Translations under genes and position numbers: made by a program | The notes under the pieces: generated by a model | The model's input: only the letters and a program-made list of their open reading frames with translations | Told to the model about the DNA's origin: nothing | Database searches by the model: none | Part shown: in pieces, positions 19,645-26,785 of the stretch | Layout: each line of letters begins with the position of its first letter | Numbering within the stretch: the stretch's first letter is position 1 | Virus record (IMG/VR): IMGVR_UViG_3300033146_005596 | Location: 62,586 to 126,585 of that record | Source of the DNA: a virus | DNA length: 64,000 nt | Reading direction: 5' to 3' (one strand)

Positions 19645-19749
19645 TGGACCTGTCGGGATTTGCACCCGAGTCTTATAACAACTTGGCTTTTCTTTCTAGT
19701 GCAGTTATTTCACCTCAGGCATTGTTACAATCGATACTAGTTCAGGCCC
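19645..19749 (-). ncRNA. ssrA: Minimal tmRNA-like RNA (105 nt) with putative tag (A)ALERKAKLL
   Basis: Acceptor stem GGGCCUG/CAGGUCC with G3.U70 and A73. Stemless D-loop ending UCGA. 9-bp P2. GAC linker. T-arm UCGGG-UGCAAAU-CCCGA. AAAUAACU-GCA resume context. Confidence 0.8.
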
Positions 19750-19757
19750 TATTCTCT

Positions 19758-20477
19758 TTATTCTAAATCAAAGAACTCATTCCATAAACAAATGGACTTC
19801 TTATCCTTTGAAATATAATCTTCGTGAAAATGGCCAAAAAGCCATTTATCAAACTTAACTTTCCCAGCAATCATACCAAAATATTCTCTGATACAACGCT
19901 CATCAGAATCAGTTTTATAATTAAATAACCCTTCTCTGTTCATCTCCTCAAACAAACTACTAGAACAAGTATGTGTTACTATAACATCAACTTTGTTTCT
20001 TCGCTTTTTAAGAGCAGCTAAGCCTTTACTAAATTCTCGGACAGTTGGAATCTCTTCCTTCCACCAAGAAACATAAGGAATTCTATTACCTTTATCAAAT
20101 GAATTAGCACCACCAAATGTAAATATTTTCTTCCTTTCTATCGTATATGTCTCACCTCTTAACAGATGATAAACATTAGTATCAACAACGCCAACAGTCC
20201 CTTTATACTTCTTTTCTCTGGGTAATTTATTTAATAGCTCAAAGTTTTCATGATTTCCATCTACAAAACAAATAACTCCATAAAACTCGGCATACTGTCT
20301 GAACTCTCTTTCTATTTTTTCTTTAGCTGCTTCAATATCTGCATCCCAGACAAAGCCAAAATCTCCAGCTACTATAACAATATCTTCTTTTTTTAGACCT
20401 TTAAACTTATCCAAGTCTGATTTACTGATACAGCCATGGGTATCTCCAATAATTCTAATCATTTTCTGTACCTCCAT
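19758..20477 (-). CDS. Calcineurin-like metallophosphoesterase
   Basis: GDTHG, AGDFG, DGNHE, VTH and GHFH motifs. Confidence 0.92.
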   Translation of the reverse strand: MEVQKMIRIIGDTHGCISKSDLDKFKGLKKEDIVIVAGDFGFVWDADIEAAKEKIEREFRQYAEFYGVICFVDGNHENFELLNKLPREKKYKGTVGVVDTNVYHLLRGETYTIERKKIFTFGGANSFDKGNRIPYVSWWKEEIPTVREFSKGLAALKKRRNKVDVIVTHTCSSSLFEEMNREGLFNYKTDSDERCIREYFGMIAGKVKFDKWLFGHFHEDYISKDKKSICLWNEFFDLE

Positions 20478-20543
20478 ATACTATTATAATAAGCAACTTT
20501 ATGGTATTTCTTATAAAATATTTTAAAAAATTACCATAAAAAT

Positions 20544-20566
20544 AGTCGGTACTTAGGTACCGACTT
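20544..20566. terminator. Terminator hairpin downstream of the tRNA cluster
   Basis: AGTCGGTAC-TTAG-GTACCGACT. Confidence 0.65.
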
Positions 20567-20940
20567 TATTAAATACAAACTTTATTTAATAACTTATTTT
20601 TAAATGAGACCAGAATTAATTCTGGATTTGCACCGGAGAAATCTCCGGATTTGTCATTGCTAGAACTAATACATAGGCCAGGTTTGGAAATGAGCCTCTT
20701 TTGAGACTGCCTAAATAAAAGCAATAACTCCTGTTAAAAATTATTTTTAAAAAGTCTCTTTCTGCAATAGCAGGACTTGTAGAAAGTGTATTTGCTATCA
20801 CTTTCTTAACTCATTAAAAATCCAATGATTTTTGTCCGACGCATTTTTTTTGCTCTATTTCCTCTTTCACAGCCTTCATACTTTATCTCCTTTTTATTTT
20901 GTAAATCATCTATCTACTATATTGCAGACCTTTCTTTAGA

Positions 20941-21014
20941 TGCTACTTATCTAGAATTGCACTAGACTTTACTAGGTTTATTCCTAGCAGCTTTACTTCA
21001 TAAGCGAAAGTAGC
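20941..21014 (-). tRNA. tRNA-like gene with a non-canonical anticodon loop
   Basis: Acceptor GCUACUU/AAGUAGC, D-stem GCUU/AAGC and T-arm UCUAG-UGCAAUU-CUAGA are intact. Anticodon arm CUAGG-AAUAAA-CCUAG has a 6-nt loop. Confidence 0.6.
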
Positions 21015-21175
21015 TCAAAGGGGTTTTATTTAAGTGAGTACCTAACTCTCACTCTCCGGTACAACGCTTAGCTGGCAACTATAGCATAGGAGTCTTGGTA
21101 CCAACTAGGCAGCTCATACAGGAGTTTTCAAGAAGTTTTTGATAGCTTGTTCAACAATCAATTATACTTCATTTC

Positions 21176-21247
21176 TAGCAGTGGCTGGAATTGCACCAAC
21201 ATGCACTAGGTTATGAGCCTAGCCGCTTTCTAATCGCTCACACTGCG
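21176..21247 (-). tRNA. tRNA-Met(CAT), initiator-like
   Basis: Anticodon arm CUAGG-CUCAUAA-CCUAG. C1:U72 mismatch. Weak D-arm. CCA not encoded. Confidence 0.7.
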
Positions 21248-21248
21248 A

Positions 21249-21321
21249 CGGAAAATCTTGGGTTCGAACCAAGGACCTACGACTTTACAGACCGTTGCTC
21301 TACCAACTGAGCTAATTTTCC
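21249..21321 (-). tRNA. tRNA with GTA (Tyr) anticodon, short variable loop and G73
   Basis: GGAAAAU/AUUUUCC, GCUC/GAGC, ACGGU-CUGUAAA-GUCGU, CUUGG-UUCGAAC-CCAAG. Confidence 0.75.
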
Positions 21322-21325
21322 AGGA

Positions 21326-21396
21326 CGGAAAATCTTGGGTTCGAACCAAGGACCTACGAGGTAACAGCGTTGCTCTACCAACTGAGCTAATTTTCC
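21326..21396 (-). tRNA. Tandem copy of the previous tRNA with an aberrant (GTT/Asn-like) anticodon arm
   Basis: Identical body. Anticodon arm ACG-CUGUUACCU-CGU is 15 nt instead of 17. Confidence 0.65.
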
Positions 21397-21422
21397 AGTA
21401 ATTTGCATTCTAAATGCTAATT

Positions 21423-21495
21423 TAGTTCCTAAGAGATTCGAACTCTTGTTATCAGATTGAAGGCCTGATGTCCTAACCAATTAGACGAAGGAACC
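21423..21495 (-). tRNA. tRNA-Glu(TTC)
   Basis: Glu-type D-arm and short variable loop. Anticodon arm UCAGG-CCUUCAA-UCUGA has C33 instead of U33. Confidence 0.8.
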
Positions 21496-21579
21496 AAGTC
21501 ATGAGCCTTGTTACTAACTCATACTTATAATAGCTAACAAACTTGCTCGCTCTGAATACTTCAGCCAGCTAAAGTTAAG

Positions 21580-21650
21580 TAAGACGACTCAGATTCGAAC
21601 TGAGGAACTCCTGTTCCCAAATGGACCACTTGTGCAACCCAACCCGTCTT
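21580..21650 (-). pseudogene. Degenerate tRNA (Pro TGG-like)
   Basis: Acceptor AAGACGG/UCGUCUU and T-arm CUCAG-UUCGAAU-CUGAG are intact. UUUGGGA loop is present but the D and anticodon stems are unpaired. Confidence 0.55.
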
Positions 21651-21696
21651 ATGCTATTTAATTAGTGCTTTGAGGTTTTATACTCAAAACTAATTA

Positions 21697-21767
21697 TAGG
21701 GCCTAGAAAATTTGAATTCCTACTATCTCCGTCAAAGGGAGATGTGCTACCATTACACTAAAGCCCT
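21697..21767 (-). tRNA. tRNA-Gln(TTG)
   Basis: AGGGCUU/AGGCCCU, GUGU/GCAC, UCUCC-CUUUGAC-GGAGA. AU-rich T-stem. Confidence 0.8.
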
Positions 21768-21774
21768 GCATCAA

Positions 21775-22035
21775 CTATCTACAAGTTGCGTTGAAAATTA
21801 GACTAACAACTACAATAATTGTAAAAATAAAAACAATGGTATATACCCCAACAAAAGCTAGAGTACCAAAAGCTAGCGGACCGCACTCTACAAAGTCATT
21901 TACTCTTTCAAGTATAAGTCCTATGATTCCCCCAATAATCCCTAAGATTACTGGTAGGTAACAAACAACAAATACTCCAATAGCCTTTCCTACCTTTTTA
22001 TTATGCACACTATCATAACTCTTAGTTGCTACCAT
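21775..22035 (-). CDS. Two-TM membrane protein
   Basis: Hydrophobic helices. Early promoter motif and AGGAGG SD. Confidence 0.6.
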   Translation of the reverse strand: MVATKSYDSVHNKKVGKAIGVFVVCYLPVILGIIGGIIGLILERVNDFVECGPLAFGTLAFVGVYTIVFIFTIIVVVSLIFNATCR

Positions 22036-22069
22036 AATTCCTCCTTACACATATAATATAACGGACTTT

Positions 22070-22348
22070 TTATTTCCTGTGTAACTTTTTATTTTTTATT
22101 ATAAAATAAATTACTTGGCCTACAACACAAAATCCATATATCATAGTATAAGATATTAAAAATACTATAGCAAATAGTCCTATAGAAATACCTCCAAATA
22201 CCATGGTACCAAGAAAATAGTCTACAAAAAATATTACATTTATAAGTACTACTGATAACATAAAACCCAAAGTCATTGGTAAAGTACTAACCCAAAACAT
22301 TGGATATTTAGTTTTATACACTTCTAGCCTCCAGTCTTTTCTTATCAT
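22070..22348 (-). CDS. Membrane protein
   Basis: Hydrophobic ORF. Start position uncertain. Confidence 0.45.
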   Translation of the reverse strand: MIRKDWRLEVYKTKYPMFWVSTLPMTLGFMLSVVLINVIFFVDYFLGTMVFGGISIGLFAIVFLISYTMIYGFCVVGQVIYFIIKNKKLHRK

Positions 22349-22697
22349 CTAACAATTGTTTAGAAAGCTTCATAGCTTTGTCCATATCATAAGATAACAA
22401 CGCAAATAATATTGCTCTTCTTTCTGGGCTCAAGCTATCTTTGTTAAGCTCATAGAAATCTTCAGCAGAAACCTGTGTTTGATTTTCATCATAGTATTTT
22501 CTAAACTCACAGTAATGTACAATCTTTTCAAGGTCCAGCATATCTTGACCGGGCTTCTTTCTCAAAATATATTTGATAGCTGACGCAGTACAAAAGTCCA
22601 TGTTATGGATTAGCTCAATAGGCTGTACTCCTGCATTGTCCTGATGCTTTTTATAATGGTTTCCACCGGGCTGATAATCTAACGGATTTTTACTCAT
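22314..22697 (-). CDS. DUF3310 family protein
   Basis: GGNHYK, QPIELI, FC.ASAIKYILR and DLEK..HY motifs. Confidence 0.8.
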   Translation of the reverse strand: MSKNPLDYQPGGNHYKKHQDNAGVQPIELIHNMDFCTASAIKYILRKKPGQDMLDLEKIVHYCEFRKYYDENQTQVSAEDFYELNKDSLSPERRAILFALLSYDMDKAMKLSKQLLDDKKRLEARSV

Positions 22698-22816
22698 TTG
22701 TTTTATTCTCCTTATGTTATTATAATAAGGAGATTTTAATAGTTTTTAATTATTAAAATAAAAAAAAATCCACTCAATACTAAGACGAGTGGATTTGAGC
22801 AGTTAATAAACTGGGT

Positions 22817-23425
22817 TTAATCCTCCCAAAGTTTCTGGTAGGTATAACAAGTTGTTGCATTAAAGTTGATACTACCTGCTGAGGTAGAAAACTCCATGTC
22901 GTACTCTTCTCCATTAAGCTCAAAAGTGATATATAATTCAGCCGCACTAATATCTATGTAGTTTTCAGGAGTTAAATCTGAATGAATAAAGCCTTCTCCA
23001 TACATAGTGGGGTCTACTGAGTTGACATCAGCTAAGTATAATGTATTTCTAACTTCTTCTTCAAAGTCTTCAACCTTACCACTAGCCTCATCAATAAGCC
23101 AATACATAGCTGGGCTATTCATTGCATCTTTTAACAACTGGTCTTGGTCAAAAGTTAAAGTTCCTTTTACCTCCTCATCAGTTTGAACGTCACTGGTTGA
23201 CATTACAGCGTAGTAGGATTCAAATATAACTTCCCCTGTAATATTAAACTCAAAATCACTTTGCTGAGACTGGGTAAACTCTGCATTGTTCAGACTAATA
23301 CTTACACCAGAACCACTGCCTTCTTGGACTCTAGCTTTACTTTTAACAGAAATGAAATCTCCAGACTCCACTATAATATTAGTCCCCGGAATTCTAAATT
23401 CATTTCTTGCTTGTATTCTGTTCAT
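22817..23425 (-). CDS. Acidic late protein, candidate internal head protein
   Basis: ACTTATTA upstream. N-terminal IPGTNIIVESGD module followed by RVQE. Confidence 0.5.
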   Translation of the reverse strand: MNRIQARNEFRIPGTNIIVESGDFISVKSKARVQEGSGSGVSISLNNAEFTQSQQSDFEFNITGEVIFESYYAVMSTSDVQTDEEVKGTLTFDQDQLLKDAMNSPAMYWLIDEASGKVEDFEEEVRNTLYLADVNSVDPTMYGEGFIHSDLTPENYIDISAAELYITFELNGEEYDMEFSTSAGSINFNATTCYTYQKLWED

Positions 23426-23481
23426 AATTAAAATGTTTCTCCTTTGTTAATTATATAATAAGTACCATCAAAAAAAAACAG

Positions 23482-24849
23482 TTAAAAAGTTAAGCCCAAA
23501 TTTTTTAATGATTTATTCAAGTCTTCTTTTCTCTGTTTTTCAGAGACTACGATTCTATCTGGGTTCCAGACTTCAGTTGGGCCATAAGGAAAAACTTGAT
23601 TCAATAGCTCTAGTACTGCTGTTGTTGCATCTGAAACGTCCTTTGCATTTATGCCACATCTTTCTTTTTCCCAAGCGTTCTCTCCACCTCCATACGACAT
23701 AGTTGGGCCACTTGAGTGGTCAATTTTAGTAGTTCCTGTTCTTTTTCTTTTTGCATATTCCAGAGTCTTTAGCTCGTTTTTAAAATAGCAATTCCTTCCT
23801 GATTTAACACGGCCAGTTGTTATATAAGATAATAAATTGAGGTACGGTCCTACTTCTTTATCTACTGATAACTTTCTTGTATCTATCTCAATAGAGTTCA
23901 AATACTGTATCAGACTTTCTGACTGGAAATTATCAAAACTTACTGCTTCCAAGTGTATATTGCCCAAATGTACAAGGTCTTTTATAAAGAATTTAATAGC
24001 ATCTAGTGATATTCTACCACCAAGCGGGGATACAACAATTTGCATATCAACAACAAATATTGGCTCATTTTTTATACGGTCTAACTCTAAATGGCCCATT
24101 GCTAATCCAAGATTATCGCCAGTTAATGCTAAGTCAACTGCTAAGCACCTAGGAATATGAGGCTTGTAATAAAAGCTATATCGTGCTAGATTATACTCAA
24201 AGAATATATCTTTAATCTGGTCCCAAATACAATGAGTTGGGTCTTCTTTAACACTAGCAAATATATGTCCTTCTATACTCCTAAACTCCGTCATAAAAAT
24301 GTTATCAATTAGTCTATGGTCCATTATAAACCTTGATTTTTGTCCAGAGGGGATTCCAGATATATCTTTAAGTGACTTCAACAAGTCATCTATATAATAT
24401 TGCTTTTTCTCTTTTGGTACCCACTCCAAATCAGTTGGGCTGTACTGGTCAACTTCGTGCTCTGGTACAATCTGAGGCGGCCGCCCTTTTCCGCCTTTAA
24501 AAACAGGAAATCTATCATCTGGATTTTCATAGTCCTCTGGGCGCCAGTCATACTCAGCACCTTTAATAATTAAGTTCTTAGGATTTTTATGGGCTTCTTG
24601 CAGGATATATTTATCAATTGGACTTTCAATATCATTAGGTGAAGAATCCAAAATAGTACGGCCCCAGTAATTACCTCTAAGTCTTGACTCAATTCTTCCT
24701 TTAGCATCATTGTATAACCGCATAACAAACTCAGGGCTATTATGAGTTATTATGTTATCATTTACAATAAATAAGCCATCATCAGCCCCTACAGTTATAC
24801 ACCTTTGTGGTTTTTTTCCGACTTTTTTTATACTTACTATTTTAGGCAT
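23482..24849 (-). CDS. Terminase large subunit, C-terminal fragment fused to split-intein IntC
   Basis: Starts with a 37-aa IntC ending THN/S. Then the LDSS coupling region and an RNase H-like nuclease (AVDLA..GD, SFDNFQS, KIDH, KDVSDA). Confidence 0.9.
   Translation of the reverse strand: MPKIVSIKKVGKKPQRCITVGADDGLFIVNDNIITHNSPEFVMRLYNDAKGRIESRLRGNYWGRTILDSSPNDIESPIDKYILQEAHKNPKNLIIKGAEYDWRPEDYENPDDRFPVFKGGKGRPPQIVPEHEVDQYSPTDLEWVPKEKKQYYIDDLLKSLKDISGIPSGQKSRFIMDHRLIDNIFMTEFRSIEGHIFASVKEDPTHCIWDQIKDIFFEYNLARYSFYYKPHIPRCLAVDLALTGDNLGLAMGHLELDRIKNEPIFVVDMQIVVSPLGGRISLDAIKFFIKDLVHLGNIHLEAVSFDNFQSESLIQYLNSIEIDTRKLSVDKEVGPYLNLLSYITTGRVKSGRNCYFKNELKTLEYAKRKRTGTTKIDHSSGPTMSYGGGENAWEKERCGINAKDVSDATTAVLELLNQVFPYGPTEVWNPDRIVVSEKQRKEDLNKSLKNLGLTF
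24739..24849 (-). mobile_element. Split class 3 intein, C-fragment (37 aa)
   Basis: MPKIVSIKKVGKKPQRCITV...IITHN followed by Ser+1. Block F Cys and block G Thr are present. Confidence 0.88.
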
Positions 24850-26737
24850 CTTGTCTCTCCTTTACAAAAACTTTCATACCACAATCAAATATTCTGTTAT
24901 AATTATTTGCAATCATGTTTTCAACTTCTGTTTTTGACTCATCAAAATTAAATCCCTCTATATTTTTTAATTTATGCTTCTGAAATTGCTGCCTTGATTT
25001 TAGAATAAGAGAATCTTTAAAATAGTAATAATTTGGTGAGCTTATTCTTTCTAAGGAAAATCCTAGTTTTTCATAGCTGGTACCACCAAACCATCTATAA
25101 TCACAATAAGATATTATATTTCCTTTATACCTATTTTCAAAATGTTTTAATAACTTTGCTTTTCCACCTAAAACATGAACTCCCTGTTTTTCACAAAACC
25201 TAAGCAATTCATAGTTATACTTTTTATTAAACCTTGATTTTCCAAAGGACATTACACTAACAAGTTCAGTTCCTTGGTATAGCCCTAGTTTTATAGACGC
25301 AGCGATATATCCTTGTAAATGATTTTCTTCTAAAAATAGTTTATATTCTTTATTTCCTACTTCCCTAATATCAGTCTTCCTTCCTCCTATTTTTTTTGAT
25401 TTTCCAAGCAAGCTAGAAAGGGTTGCTAAAACTAATTTTTTATTATTTATATACTCATTTTCCCATATATGTATAATTCTAATTCCTTTTTTTTCTGCAA
25501 GTTTAGTCTTGTCTATATGATACTTTTTTCCTTTCATTAGCTCAGAATGCCAATAAATACCATCATACTCTATTCCTAAATTAAGTTCTGGAATAAAAAT
25601 GTCTATTTCCTTACCATCTAAATATTTACGGCTGTTTAATACAGTTTTATACCCTAGAGCTTTTATATAACTGTTTATTTCAATCTCTGCTCTCGAAGCA
25701 TGCTTTTGAATAGGAAAGCATTTTTGACATTGAGCTTTGTGTATATGACTAGGTGGGTAGATTAAAGGTGTTATCTCACCACACTTAGTACATTCAGTAA
25801 AAAAAGTATCATCTTTATAGATAAACTTTAAAGAGTATTTTGAAAAATCAAGATTTTTGAACTTCTCTAAATTTTCTAAATGATGCCTCTTTTGTCTCTT
25901 CATTTTTATTGTGTCTGTACTCCATAGGGCTTTATAGCCTCCATACTTTTTATCCACAGTTGCTTTAGCTTTATCTCCAGCTCCCTTTAACTGATGAGGG
26001 TTTATAACCCCGTACCTTTCTTTTAATGTTTCCTGATAATGCCTCAAGCCCTCTTCTGACTGCATAAAATGTTCTGTACCATACTTTTTAAGAAAAGTAT
26101 CTCTTGACTTCAAGTTACGTTTTTTATAAAAATCAGGTTTAGATTCTATTGTCTTTTTAGCTTTAGTTTTAACTACCTCTGATTGAGTTGCATACTCAGT
26201 CCCATACTTCTTTAAGTTTGTTTCTCTACTTTTTTTCTTAAACCTTTCAAGTTGAAGAGCACTCTCTACGCCATATTTTTCAAGCATAGTCTTTTTTTGA
26301 TTTATTAAAACATAGCTATAGTAATCTTCCATTGTTCCATATTTTTCTACTATAGTAGCTCGTCTTTTAGCTTCACGTTTTTCAAACCATAAAGGGTCTT
26401 TATTTATTGTTATTTTACTTTTTATATCTCTTTGATTTTTCCAGTTTTCCATAGTACCATAGTGTTCTAGAATAGTTTTTTTCCATATTTCTTTTCTATC
26501 TTTTCCCCAGTCTGGATTATTTTTAATAGTCTTATTCCTTTTCAGTTGCTTTTGCTTTTCAGCTTCTTCTAAAGACCCATATTTTTCGAGCCTTGCTTTC
26601 TTAGCTCTATCCATAACTATTTTAGAACAGGAAGTACACCTAGCATTAGACAACCTTTTGTAATCAGTATAGGACTCAAAAGGTTTTTTACACATACCAC
26701 AAATAACAGTTCTTGATTCTTTTAGTTTCTTACTCAT
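24842..26737 (-). mobile_element. Free-standing homing endonuclease gene between the intein halves
   Basis: CxxC zinc motifs, many KYG-type repeats, PD-(D/E)xK/Vsr-like EIDIFIPELNLGIEYDGIYWH, and a C-terminal FLEENHLQG...ELLRFC...SYCD domain typical of such phage endonucleases. Confidence 0.85.
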
Positions 26738-26740
26738 ATA

Positions 26741-26748
26741 TAATTAGT
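26741..26748 (-). promoter_or_regulatory. Putative late promoter ACTWATTA (representative copy)
   Basis: Precedes the portal, protease, terminase, neck-like and many head genes, often 3 nt before ATG. Confidence 0.75.
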
Positions 26749-26785
26749 TCACTTACATTTTTAGGTATAAACTTGACGACTAAGA

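Noticed and set aside
19645-19749. Intron-containing tRNA-Ala or a permuted two-piece tmRNA
   Set aside because: There is no D-stem or anticodon arm, and the 5' and 3' tRNA-like parts are in normal order on one contiguous piece.
20616-21480. ORFs 20616-20801 and 21277-21480
   Set aside because: They overlap tRNA genes or structured RNA-like sequence and lack a convincing SD.
21423-21495. Opal (TCA) suppressor tRNA
   Set aside because: The stem register gives loop CCUUCAA with a central UUC, and the body is Glu-like.
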